A stretch of 48,458 bases of DNA from NCBI GenBank assembly GCA_040758525.1, contig JBFLVQ010000003.1, positions 1-48,458 on the forward strand, written 5' to 3'. A program made the position numbers and the translations under genes. Origin of the DNA: Acidobacteriota bacterium. GTDB taxonomy: Bacteria > Acidobacteriota > Blastocatellia > Chloracidobacteriales > JADJPF01. Numbering within the stretch: position 1 is the first letter of the stretch; each line of letters opens with the position of its first letter. Of this stretch, positions 39,002 to 48,458 are shown in pieces. Under the pieces are notes generated by a model. It did no database searches. It worked only from the letters and a program-made list of their open reading frames with translations, and was not told the DNA's origin.

Positions 39002-40276
39002 ATGATCGAACGCCGTGTAGAGAAAACGATTCTAGATAATGGTCTAGTAGTGCTAAGCGAAGCGATGGAGCATGTCTGCTCGATCGGTTTGGGCATCTGG
39101 ATACGGGCTGGATCGCGTCATGAAGAGCAGCCTCATCAGAATGGTCTATCCCATTTTATTGAACATGCTCTTTTCAAGGGAACACGCCGCCGTAGTGCTC
39201 GCCAGATCGCTGTTGAAGCTGACATAATTGGTGGCAATCTAGACGCTTTCACCACACGTGAATTCACCGGCTATTACATCAAAGCACTCGACTACCATCT
39301 GGCAGAGTCCTTCGATATTCTTGCCGATCTGGTCACTGAACCGACCTTCGATAAGGCAGAGATGGAGAAGGAGCGCGATGTTATCCTAGAAGAGATTAAG
39401 ATGGTTGATGACACCCCTGATGAGATGGTGCATGAACTCTTTACTGCGACTTTTTGGCCTAATCATCCGCTAGGACGCCCTATTGAGGGCACTACCAAAA
39501 CTGTACAAGGCTTTACCCATGACCAATTGGTAAGCTACTTCCAACAGATTTATCACCCTAAAAACATGGTTATAGCTGCCGCCGGCCACCTACGTCATGA
39601 CCGTATTGTCGAGCTAGCAGCTCACTATTTTGGCCATCTACAGTCACAACAGGAACAGGCTATAGAGAATCCACCTCAAGCTTGCACGGATATCGCCTTA
39701 CGCAAAAAACGGGGCTTAGAGCAGACTCATATTGTACTGGGTGCACCCTGTCCATCAATGCTTGCGCCTGAGCGTTATGCTTGCAGTCTCTTTAGTACCA
39801 TTTTAGGTGGCGGGCTTAGCTCACGCCTCTTTCAATCGGTACGCGAACAGCATGGCCTTGCCTACACAATCTACTCAAACATAAACGCATTTCGTGATGT
39901 TGGCTGCTTATCAATATATCTAGCAGTGTCAAATCGACGGGTACATAAAGCCATTGAGCTGACCATTGAAGAGATTCGCAAACTTAAGGAACAACCTGTG
40001 CCGGCAGAAGAGTTACGCGCAGCCAAGGATCAGATCAAAGCGGCTATTCTACTTAACCTTGATTCTGTTACCAGCCGTATGAGTAGTCTGGCGCATAATG
40101 AGATGACCTATGGCTATGACTTCTCTCTAGAAGAGATTATCAGCGCAATTGAACAGGTTAGCATTGAGGATATACAGCGTATGGGGGAGATCATCTTTCA
40201 GCCTAAAACCCTAGTATTAGCATCGCTAGGGGCAAGCGACCGGCTGAAACTTGACCGTGAATATTTGACCTGTTAA
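39002..40276 (+). CDS. M16 family (pitrilysin-like) zinc peptidase
   Basis: GSRHE, HFIEH (HxxEH), VILEEI, GGGLSSRLFQSVRE..GLAY. Confidence 0.93.
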   Translation: MIERRVEKTILDNGLVVLSEAMEHVCSIGLGIWIRAGSRHEEQPHQNGLSHFIEHALFKGTRRRSARQIAVEADIIGGNLDAFTTREFTGYYIKALDYHLAESFDILADLVTEPTFDKAEMEKERDVILEEIKMVDDTPDEMVHELFTATFWPNHPLGRPIEGTTKTVQGFTHDQLVSYFQQIYHPKNMVIAAAGHLRHDRIVELAAHYFGHLQSQQEQAIENPPQACTDIALRKKRGLEQTHIVLGAPCPSMLAPERYACSLFSTILGGGLSSRLFQSVREQHGLAYTIYSNINAFRDVGCLSIYLAVSNRRVHKAIELTIEEIRKLKEQPVPAEELRAAKDQIKAAILLNLDSVTSRMSSLAHNEMTYGYDFSLEEIISAIEQVSIEDIQRMGEIIFQPKTLVLASLGASDRLKLDREYLTC

Positions 40277-40329
40277 TCTGTGCAGTTTTATTACCTGAGT
40301 AGAACCGTGCAGGTAAGATGTGGTAGCCT

Positions 40330-41124
40330 ATGCGATTTAATGTTCTAGGCAGTGGCAGTAGTGGTAACGCAACGCTAGTGGCGGCTGGTGAAACCTGTGT
40401 ATTAGTTGATTGTGGGCTATCAGCGCGTGAGTTGGCAAGGCGAGTAGTAGAGGTTGGTGAGACGGTTGATCGGCTTGCTGCAATTGTCATAACACATGAG
40501 CATAGCGATCATATACGTGGATTAACAGGACTAGTAAAAGGGTTAAATATACCTGTCTTTATCTCGCCGCTAGCAAGCACGGCAGCACGTATCGCATCAA
40601 CGGATCGGGCTTGCCAATTAATGGCAGGAGTAGACTCACAGCAGCCTTTTGAGATTGGTCCATTGCTCTTTCGCCCTGTGCGAGTGCCTCATGATGCTGC
40701 TGATCCGCTGGTCTTTACCATAGAAGCAACAGGAGCGAAGATCGCGATCGTAACCGACCTAGGCTATATTCCTAAGACTGTTGCTGAGCAGTTGCGTGGT
40801 TGTGATGCACTAGTGCTGGAGGCTAATCATGATCTTGATCGGCTTAAAGCCAGCTCTTATCCTTGGGCACTAAAACAGCGTGTGATGAGTAGGCTAGGGC
40901 ATCTTTCCAATAATGAGATGGCCCGGTTCTTACGTGAAGATTATGATGGTAGTGCACGACATATTGTACTTGCACACTTAAGTAGAGAGAATAACCACCC
41001 TGAGATTGCACGCTTAGCTGCTAGTGAAGCATTAGCAGCACGAGCGCCCCTTTTTCAGACTCTTGAACAGGAGCGGTTAGAGATTGCTCGTCATGATCGG
41101 CCGCTTGGTTGGATTGAATTATGA
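40330..41124 (+). CDS. MBL-fold metallo-hydrolase (YycJ/WalJ-like)
   Basis: LGSGSSGNA, THEHSDH, PHDA, TDLG, EANHD, GHLSN, HLS..NN. Confidence 0.9.
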   Translation: MRFNVLGSGSSGNATLVAAGETCVLVDCGLSARELARRVVEVGETVDRLAAIVITHEHSDHIRGLTGLVKGLNIPVFISPLASTAARIASTDRACQLMAGVDSQQPFEIGPLLFRPVRVPHDAADPLVFTIEATGAKIAIVTDLGYIPKTVAEQLRGCDALVLEANHDLDRLKASSYPWALKQRVMSRLGHLSNNEMARFLREDYDGSARHIVLAHLSRENNHPEIARLAASEALAARAPLFQTLEQERLEIARHDRPLGWIEL

Positions 41125-42419
41125 TCTCTCGTTATACATTGGCCAAAATGGGTGCGCTCTGGAGCGAAGAGGATAAATTCCGTAAATGGCTGGAAGTTGA
41201 ACTAGCTGTTTGCGAAGTACATGCCGAGATGGGCATTATTCCTCCTGAAGCGCTTGCTATCATCAAGCAGAAGGCTGACTTTAATGTACAGCGTATACAT
41301 GAGATCGAGCAGACTACCCGACATGACGTGATTGCCTTTCTTAGTTCAGTTTCTGAAAAGATTGGACCAGAGGCCCGTTATGTACACTTCGGTCTTACTT
41401 CTTCGGATGTTGTTGACACAGCTAATGCATTACTGCTGCGCGAGGCGCTAGATCTCATCATTGAGCGGGCTGTGCAGCTTGGCAAGACTCTACGCCAACG
41501 CGCTTATGAGTTCAAAGATACACCTATGATAGGACGCACTCATGGTGTACATGCTGAACCGACCTCCTTTGGTCTAGTACTAGCGCTCTATTACGCAGAG
41601 AATTCGCGTAATCTAGCACGATTACGACGTGCGCGTAGCTGTATCAATGTGGGTAAAATTTCTGGTGCGGTAGGGACATTCGCACATCTAGATCCAGAGG
41701 TTGAAGAGCGTGTATGCGCACGCTTGAATCTGCAGCCGGCTGCTATCTCAACACAGATTATTCAACGTGATCGCTATGCTGAAGTACTCTCAACACTAGC
41801 GATCACTACTGCAACACTAGAGAAGATCGCTCTGGAAGTGCGTCATCTACATCGCACAGAGGTACGCGAAGCACAAGAGGCGTTTGGTAGTGGACAGAAA
41901 GGCTCATCGGCGATGCCACATAAACGTAACCCGATCGTCTCTGAACAGATCTGCGGACTAGCACGTGTAGTACGTTCCCATGCGCTGGCTGCCTTTGAGA
42001 ATATTGCCCTATGGCATGAACGTGATATCTCACACTCATCAGTGGAGCGGGTAATTCTTCCTGATAGTTGCATTCTCACAGACTATCTACTTGAGCGTAC
42101 CAATCGGCTAATTGAAGGTCTGGTAGTCTTCCCTGAGCGTATGCTTGAAAATATTGCTGCCCTGCATGGGGTAATCTTCTCTGGCCCGCTGTTGCTTGAG
42201 CTGACCCGCCATATACCGCGTGAGATAGCCTATCAACTGGTACAGCGTAATGCCATGCGTGTGTGGGATGAGCAATCTGATTTCCGTGAATTGGTGCTTG
42301 CCGATCGAGAGATCTGCGCCTTGCTTACACATGATGAGATTGAGGCGGTCTTTGATCTAAAGAAGCAACTGCGCAATGTAGACAAGATCTTCACAAGAGT
42401 CTTTGGCAATCAAGAATAG
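41121..42419 (+). CDS. purB: Adenylosuccinate lyase
   Basis: HDVIAF, HFGLTSSD, GRTHG, GSSAMPHKRNP, WHERDISHSSVER. Confidence 0.97.
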   Translation: MISRYTLAKMGALWSEEDKFRKWLEVELAVCEVHAEMGIIPPEALAIIKQKADFNVQRIHEIEQTTRHDVIAFLSSVSEKIGPEARYVHFGLTSSDVVDTANALLLREALDLIIERAVQLGKTLRQRAYEFKDTPMIGRTHGVHAEPTSFGLVLALYYAENSRNLARLRRARSCINVGKISGAVGTFAHLDPEVEERVCARLNLQPAAISTQIIQRDRYAEVLSTLAITTATLEKIALEVRHLHRTEVREAQEAFGSGQKGSSAMPHKRNPIVSEQICGLARVVRSHALAAFENIALWHERDISHSSVERVILPDSCILTDYLLERTNRLIEGLVVFPERMLENIAALHGVIFSGPLLLELTRHIPREIAYQLVQRNAMRVWDEQSDFRELVLADREICALLTHDEIEAVFDLKKQLRNVDKIFTRVFGNQE

Positions 42420-42435
42420 TAAGGGAATTAAATTT

Positions 42436-42678
42436 ATGAAAGCGAAAGTTTATGTGACATTAAAACCCGGCGTGCTTGATCCGCAAGGTAAAGCTATACA
42501 CCATGCTGTACAGACAATGGGTTATAAATCGATTATGGATGTGCGTCAAGGTAAGTTCTTTGAGTTAGAATTAACGCAGGATTTAAGCACAGCAGCAGCT
42601 CGCCAGGAAGCAGAGCGGCTTGCTCATGATATTCTCTCCAATCCTGTGATTGAGGACTACCATGTGGAGTTGGAGTAA
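42436..42678 (+). CDS. purS: Phosphoribosylformylglycinamidine synthase subunit PurS
   Basis: [21 protein letters not shown]. Confidence 0.95.
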   Translation: MKAKVYVTLKPGVLDPQGKAIHHAVQTMGYKSIMDVRQGKFFELELTQDLSTAAARQEAERLAHDILSNPVIEDYHVELE

Positions 42679-43388
42679 TGAAATTTGGTGTAGTAATTTT
42701 CCCTGGTTCGAATTGTGATCATGATACTTACCATGTGATCAGCAAAGTTATTGGCCAGCCTGTTCAATTTATCTGGCATCGTTCTCACACACTAGACGAT
42801 TGTGATGTTGTGATCTTGCCAGGTGGTTTCTCTTATGGTGACTATCTGCGTTGTGGAGCGATCGCTCGCTTCTCTCCCGTTATGCAAGCCGTTAAGGAGT
42901 TTGCTGGTCGTGGTGGACTAGTCTTAGGAATCTGCAATGGCTTCCAAATATTATGTGAAGCTGGGCTATTGCCGGGCGCGCTACTACGCAATCGTGACTT
43001 AAAATTTATTTGTGACTTTGTGCAAGTGCGTGTAGAACAGACTAATAGTGCCTTTGTGCGCGCCTATGCACAAGGACAAGTGCTTAGCTTGCCGATTGCA
43101 CATGGCGAAGGTAACTACTACTGCAGTAATGACGACCTTATAGAGTTACAGCGTGAAAATCGTATTCTCTTCCGTTACTGTAATGATGGTGGAGAGACCA
43201 GTGAAAGAGCAAATCCTAATGGTTCGCTTGATAATATTGCTGGTATCTTAAATCGAGAAAGAAATGTCTTGGGAATGATGCCGCATCCAGAGCGTGCTTC
43301 TGAAGAGATATTGGGTAGTATTGATGGGCGTGCTCTCTTCCGTTCATTGAGCCTATATATGGCTGAACAAGAAAAATTGCGGCGCTAG
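42678..43388 (+). CDS. purQ: Phosphoribosylformylglycinamidine synthase subunit PurQ
   Basis: [37 protein letters not shown]. Confidence 0.97.
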   Translation: MKFGVVIFPGSNCDHDTYHVISKVIGQPVQFIWHRSHTLDDCDVVILPGGFSYGDYLRCGAIARFSPVMQAVKEFAGRGGLVLGICNGFQILCEAGLLPGALLRNRDLKFICDFVQVRVEQTNSAFVRAYAQGQVLSLPIAHGEGNYYCSNDDLIELQRENRILFRYCNDGGETSERANPNGSLDNIAGILNRERNVLGMMPHPERASEEILGSIDGRALFRSLSLYMAEQEKLRR

Positions 43389-43401
43389 ATAATTAGCGAT
43401 A

Positions 43402-43443
43402 TAACAATGGTGGATTGTCAATAACAATAATCCACCATTGTTA
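43402..43443. terminator. Probable bidirectional terminator
   Basis: TAACAATGGTGGATT / AATCCACCATTGTTA inverted repeat between convergent genes. Confidence 0.7.
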
Positions 43444-43472
43444 CATTGCTAACTTAGAGATTGAGTTTGAAA

Positions 43473-44093
43473 CTAGTCTTTGCGACGCGCTAGTTCGCGA
43501 GTGTTGATCGCTTGACCTTCAATTGTTTCCAGATGCTTACGGGTCCGTTCTAAGCTCATTCCATTAGTAGTATACATTGCCATGGCGCGCGACTCGTTTA
43601 ACAGACTAACGCTTCTATCTATTGTTTTTGCCAACTTCGTTATTTCGTTACTACGATTAAGCTGTTCTGGTAAAGGAATAGGTCTTATTTTTTCTACCGA
43701 ATTTCCTTGATTAAAGTTGCGACGTAAGCGATTGGAGATCTTGGCAATCTTATTAGCAAGGTCGGCAACATCCTTCAAATTATTTGTTGTCGGCAGGCTA
43801 GTAAGTGCAAGTAATGCATCACTCACTTGATTAAGTTCCCTTAGATCGCTGTTGATCTCGACTTGACGACGGCGTACCTCATCGACAATAGATGACCTTA
43901 CCGTCATCTTTTCCATCATCCTCAACTCGTTCTGTGCAGCCTGGATCTGTCGTTGTTCAGCAACATCGCGGGCACGCATCTGTTCCATAGAATCGCGTCC
44001 GCGTGGCGTCGGGCCCCCCTGAGCTTGCACCTCCAAGCTCTGCGCAAGCAGAACTAACGAGGCAGCAAAAAAGAGACTGCTAAACTTTTTCAT
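43473..44093 (-). CDS. Hypothetical exported helical protein
   Basis: MKKF...AQ signal peptide from ATG 44093 with RBS AAGGGAG. Confidence 0.7.
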   Translation of the reverse strand: MKKFSSLFFAASLVLLAQSLEVQAQGGPTPRGRDSMEQMRARDVAEQRQIQAAQNELRMMEKMTVRSSIVDEVRRRQVEINSDLRELNQVSDALLALTSLPTTNNLKDVADLANKIAKISNRLRRNFNQGNSVEKIRPIPLPEQLNRSNEITKLAKTIDRSVSLLNESRAMAMYTTNGMSLERTRKHLETIEGQAINTRELARRKD

Positions 44094-44200
44094 ACTAGCT
44101 CCCTTCGTTTTTCGTTGCTGGCCTGTTGGAATTGAACCTGGAAATTGATCTAATTTTAACCTTGAACTGCACCATTGCAAAACGAAAATATATGATCAAA

Positions 44201-44236
44201 CAAAAAAAGCCCGGAACGGAGATCGTTCCAGGCTCT
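44201..44236 (-). terminator. Intrinsic terminator of the TonB-receptor gene
   Basis: Minus strand AGCCUGGAACG..CGUUCCGGGCU followed by a U-run. Confidence 0.7.
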
Positions 44237-44258
44237 GTAGTCTATTACCAGTTGAGAT

Positions 44259-47200
44259 TTAGAAGATCAGCTTCAAACCAAACTGGATATTACGACGGCC
44301 GCCGTTGCCTTCATCGGTGTCAGAGAAGCCTGCACCAGCATCGTCAACAAACGGATCCGGCACACCCTTGTTGGGGTGATTGAAGACATTGAAGAATTCA
44401 GCACGGAACTGAATGCTCATACGCTCGCTAATTTTGGTGTTCTTGAAGAAACCAAAGTTGCCAATGGAGAGATTATCACCCTTGATAGAGTTGCGAGCCA
44501 CATTGCCATAAGGATTGCCAAAGCGACGCGCAGTCTCTTGGGTGTTTACAATAAATCGCACATCATTTGGCGATACTGGAACAGCCTGACCAGTAGCATT
44601 GAGCATATTCAATGAGAAGTAACCTGTTGGTGAAGCACCTGTACCAAAGAACATATCCGCTGTCACATCATCAAGAGCGACTAACAATGGTGATGCATTC
44701 GGATTGCCCTGGAACGGACGTAATGTCTCCAACACACCAATGAAGGTAAGGTTGAAGATATTATCTGTGTATGGACTGGTGAAACCAACTTGTGATGGCG
44801 TGAAACGCTGGCCAGGACGGGCAAAGTAAGTACCAGTTAGTTGGTAGCCACCGAGTAACTTCCCGACTAAGCCTCTCTGCTCACGGAAGAGTGGTACATC
44901 ATAAATGAAGTTGACAGCTAGGTTGTTGCGTATATCATACGCACCCAAGCTGCGCTCACCATTAACAGTATCAAACGGATCTTGAGCAAAGGCTAGCGTC
45001 TGACCGCCGCCACCTGAATTGAAGATCTCTGAAGCATTGTCGATCTGTTTAGAGAAGGTATAAGCAACACCTAAGTTTAGTTGATTGGCAACGCGAGTCT
45101 GGTACTGTATCTGCAGTGAATTGTAGTCAGAGGTTGCACCATTGATACGGGTACGCAGTAGACCACTATTAGCATTCAATCGACCATTTGGTGAAGGTCT
45201 TACACCGGCCGGTAGGAATTGTGGGAAGTCGGCTGCCAAACCAGCAATGAATGGATTGGCATTGACTGACTGGAACTGGCCAATCGAACGTGTGCCAACA
45301 TAACGAACTTCAACAACATTGTTGTTGCCAATCTGTCGCTGAATACCTAGTGAGAACTGTTGTGTGTAAGGAGCATGGAAATCGCTCGCCACATCGGTTC
45401 TGGTAAGCAACTGCGGATTAAGCTGGCGCAGTGGTGCACGTGGTGTCAATGCAGCACGTACTCCTGGACCAGTAGGATCTGATGGCACAAGACCAGCAAC
45501 TCCTGCGATGGTGGAATTGAGTACGCTAGGCGAAGAGGTGGAAACATTCAAGAGAATGTTGTAGAAGGCTAGATCATAAGCAATACCATAACCACCGCGG
45601 ATGACTGTCTTATCTTCGCCAAAGATTGCCTTGGCAAAACGTGGTGTATAGCTAAAGCCGATACGTGGTGCAAAGTTGTTATTGTCTGTATCGATCTTTG
45701 GCACAATGCGCGCCTCAAGCGGCAAAGCTGGATTAAAGAATGCTGTGGAAGCATCAGCCTCACGACGACTGGTGATCTCATTGAGAATATTGATCGGCTG
45801 ACCGCTATTCTCATAACGGATACCTAAGTTGACAGTGAGGTTATCACGCACACGTATGTCATCTTGGAAATAGTAGAACTGGTCCGTCTCAGAGAAGTTG
45901 ATAACGTTGGTGCCAAATGCGATATTGGCTGAAGTCGGGCTGTTATCAACGAATCTCTGATAGTTGGCGAAGTTAAATGTGCCGTTCTGGTTCGGCAAGA
46001 AGTTCGAATCGGTGAGACGACGCTTGATATCGACACCGGCCTTGAAAGAGTGACGGCCAAGCGTTAATGAGAAATTGTTCAAGAACTGGTAGTTGTCATT
46101 GATACGACCCTGCGGTAAGTTATTTGCTGGGCCAAAATCAACAAAACCAGCGGGCAGATTATAGAAAGCTATTGCCTGATCAGCCTGCTCTGCTGCTGGC
46201 AATGCGCCGCCACCAAAGTTAACGCGTATACGGCTATAGTTGAAACGGAACTCATTTACCGCACGTGGAGAGAGCTGATAGACTAAGGTGGCGCCTACTT
46301 GTTGGCTGCGCGAGGGAACATCGCCCAAGAAGCCACCATTGAATCCACCTACAGCATTGCCACTCTCCTGCTTCTGATAAATGTAGCGACCAAACAGACG
46401 CGCCTTGTCATTGATATTCCAGTCACCGCGAGCTGTCGCAAGGTTCTCCTCAAAAGGATTAGGAACATTGCGGCGAATTTGTGAAAACTGGACTGGTACA
46501 CCTTTAACTGTTACGGTTGTGAGTGTGCCAGGTACGATCTCAGGACTGCCAATCGGTTGGGCAAATGGATTGGTAAGACGTATCACATTAGCCGTGTTTG
46601 GACTGGCAATGGAGAGCAGGGCCTGTACACCGGCTGGGGTGGGTACCAATCCGTTCGGTCCAGACTCACCAAAGGTAGTAGAAATTTGACGAATTCCCTG
46701 GTAGCTGGTAAAGAAGAAAACCTTATCCTTCACAACAGGACCGCCAATGGTAAAACCAAAGGTGTTATTAAGAAGTGGATTGGCCTCTTTCTTACCAGTA
46801 CGACGCTCAAGTGTGGTAAGTGTGTCAAAGAGTTTGCGATCACGGTGGAAGTAAGCAACCGAACCGTGAAACTCATTTGTACCACCCTTGGTGATGATGT
46901 TTACCACCGAACCAGATGACTGACCATACTCAGCCGAGAAGTTGTTGGTAACAATCTGGAACTCCTGTACCGCATCCGCATTGGTGATAAAGAGGGATGG
47001 ACCGGCCACAGAGATATCGTTATTATCCTGACCATCAATGGTAAAGTTGTTGGAACGACCACGGCCACCATTCGAAGAGATGCCGGTGCCATTGTTATTA
47101 CTGAAGAGAGTATCATCAGTCGCAACCACGCCAGGAGTAAGCAGTGCGATTGTGTCAACACCACCACCTGCTACGCTGTTGGGCAGGTCAGCAACTTTAC

Positions 47201-47639
47201 GAGCATCAAAGTTAGCGGAAATCTGTGCCGACTCTCGCTCGATGGTTACTTCACCGCCAGTCACTTCAACTATTTCACTCTCAACACCAACTTGCATTAG
47301 TATGTCGATGCTGCTTTCAACACCCAGCTTAATCGTTAACTGAGTGACATCTGCACGTTTGAATCCTTGTGCTGTGACGGTTACACTATAAATGCCAGGA
47401 TTAAGTGCTGGCACCCGGAAATTGCCATTCTCATTGGTGGTGGTCGTCACTTCAGCACCTGTACCAGTATTCTTTACAAGTACCTCTGCGCCGGCAATCA
47501 CCGCCTTACTCTCATCGGTTACAGTCCCTGTTAATGCACCTGTGACAGACTGACCATAGGCTGGTATTGCACCGCCCACAACAGCTAGCACGAGAGCGCA
47601 AAGGAGGGTCTTAACCAACAATAATCCTCGGTACTTCAT
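44259..47639 (-). CDS. TonB-dependent receptor-like outer-membrane protein (Oar type, N-terminal carboxypeptidase-regulatory-like domain)
   Basis: Signal peptide, GTVTD..AVI.GA.V, NNFTIDGQDNND, AEYG..SG.VVN..TKGGTNEFHG, C-terminal QFGLKLIF; ATG 47639 with RBS GAGGAGG. Confidence 0.9.
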   Translation of the reverse strand: MKYRGLLLVKTLLCALVLAVVGGAIPAYGQSVTGALTGTVTDESKAVIAGAEVLVKNTGTGAEVTTTTNENGNFRVPALNPGIYSVTVTAQGFKRADVTQLTIKLGVESSIDILMQVGVESEIVEVTGGEVTIERESAQISANFDARKVADLPNSVAGGGVDTIALLTPGVVATDDTLFSNNNGTGISSNGGRGRSNNFTIDGQDNNDISVAGPSLFITNADAVQEFQIVTNNFSAEYGQSSGSVVNIITKGGTNEFHGSVAYFHRDRKLFDTLTTLERRTGKKEANPLLNNTFGFTIGGPVVKDKVFFFTSYQGIRQISTTFGESGPNGLVPTPAGVQALLSIASPNTANVIRLTNPFAQPIGSPEIVPGTLTTVTVKGVPVQFSQIRRNVPNPFEENLATARGDWNINDKARLFGRYIYQKQESGNAVGGFNGGFLGDVPSRSQQVGATLVYQLSPRAVNEFRFNYSRIRVNFGGGALPAAEQADQAIAFYNLPAGFVDFGPANNLPQGRINDNYQFLNNFSLTLGRHSFKAGVDIKRRLTDSNFLPNQNGTFNFANYQRFVDNSPTSANIAFGTNVINFSETDQFYYFQDDIRVRDNLTVNLGIRYENSGQPINILNEITSRREADASTAFFNPALPLEARIVPKIDTDNNNFAPRIGFSYTPRFAKAIFGEDKTVIRGGYGIAYDLAFYNILLNVSTSSPSVLNSTIAGVAGLVPSDPTGPGVRAALTPRAPLRQLNPQLLTRTDVASDFHAPYTQQFSLGIQRQIGNNNVVEVRYVGTRSIGQFQSVNANPFIAGLAADFPQFLPAGVRPSPNGRLNANSGLLRTRINGATSDYNSLQIQYQTRVANQLNLGVAYTFSKQIDNASEIFNSGGGGQTLAFAQDPFDTVNGERSLGAYDIRNNLAVNFIYDVPLFREQRGLVGKLLGGYQLTGTYFARPGQRFTPSQVGFTSPYTDNIFNLTFIGVLETLRPFQGNPNASPLLVALDDVTADMFFGTGASPTGYFSLNMLNATGQAVPVSPNDVRFIVNTQETARRFGNPYGNVARNSIKGDNLSIGNFGFFKNTKISERMSIQFRAEFFNVFNHPNKGVPDPFVDDAGAGFSDTDEGNGGRRNIQFGLKLIF

Positions 47640-48226
47640 ATTGAAGTTCCTCCTCATTAATAATCGAATCAGTGAATTCTCACCTCTGGTGAGGCGGCTG
47701 TTCGATAAATAAAACCCACCCAACGGGGTAGGGAGCGTTTGTTCATTTATCAGACTTCTAGAAAAGATTTTTCTCTAGTTATGGTAAAGTAACAAAGTCA
47801 CATCTTGCTACTAGCAAGATCTAGTAGCCATAATAACAGAACCAAATACAGTCTGAAAACCTAAGCATGCGTTTCTATATTAATGGAAACGTCGTGCTTA
47901 GTCGGCAATCAAACTACCATCAAAATCCTTTACTAGCCACCTCTTTACAAAGAGCGAGAGCCCTTGCTAAATGCAATTAGAATGCCAATGGCAAAGGCTC
48001 TCCGGAATAACAACAAACCTTTCCATTTAGGACTCTTCTTAAGGCTATGGAAAAAGCTTAAGCAGAAAATTCTCTTAGTAAGAGCCAAAAAAATGAATTT
48101 TAAATTCAAAAATATGGAAACAATACGATAAAAAATAATGGGTAACCGAGTGTGCGATTCCAGTAATGCGCGGCTTGTGTAGATCTACTACGTTATATGA
48201 TTGAGGGCACAGACTGCGACCAACAC

Positions 48227-48255
48227 TTGACGCTTACAGGGCAATTGGCTATTGT
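48227..48255 (+). promoter_or_regulatory. Sigma70-like promoter of tRNA-Arg
   Basis: TTGACG-17bp-TATTGT just upstream of the tRNA. Confidence 0.6.
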
Positions 48256-48271
48256 AAGAGTCCGTTGCTTA

Positions 48272-48346
<75 letters not shown>

Positions 48347-48362
48347 TATTAAAATCAATAAC

Positions 48363-48389
48363 TTAGAGCCACCTTTTCGGTGGCTCTAA
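48363..48389 (+). terminator. Hairpin downstream of tRNA-Arg
   Basis: TTAGAGCCACC / GGTGGCTCTAA followed by TGTTTT. Confidence 0.65.
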
Positions 48390-48458
48390 TGTTTTACGGA
48401 CACACTCGCGGACACATTCAATTAATCTTCAATTAAACCCTTATCCCTGAGAATATTT

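Overview
Bacterial chromosomal window, mostly housekeeping genes. The gene set (Oar-like TonB-dependent receptor, ATP-grasp pair, cdaA-cdaR-glmM, larC) suggests Acidobacteriota, but that is an inference. It contains an ECF sigma/anti-sigma pair, aroK-aroA, RsbW/RsbV-like genes, thiS-thiG, an HD-GYP protein, an orphan Dam-type methylase, rpsO-pnp, ispG, three PilZ genes, larC-folE-metG-tatD-yajQ, an mreB-like gene, purB-purS-purQ and tRNA-Arg(ACG). The standout is a minus-strand operon at ~23.3-27.8 kb. In order it carries: a sigma70-like promoter; a 34-aa leader peptide ending GGPPI with an attenuator-like hairpin; ncRNA 1; a Ro60/TROVE-like VWA protein; a 275-aa hypothetical; ncRNA 2; a Cys-containing hypothetical (possibly E2-like); and a ThiF/E1-like enzyme. 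The two ncRNAs share one terminal stem/internal-loop scaffold but carry different cargo. ncRNA 1 is a circularly permuted tRNA-Leu mimic (YrlA-like). ncRNA 2 joins a 23S rRNA sarcin-ricin loop copy to a 23S H42-H44 GTPase-associated-centre copy, so it looks like a compact mimic of the ribosomal factor-binding site. All calls were made by eye; no searches were run and rRNA comparisons are from memory.
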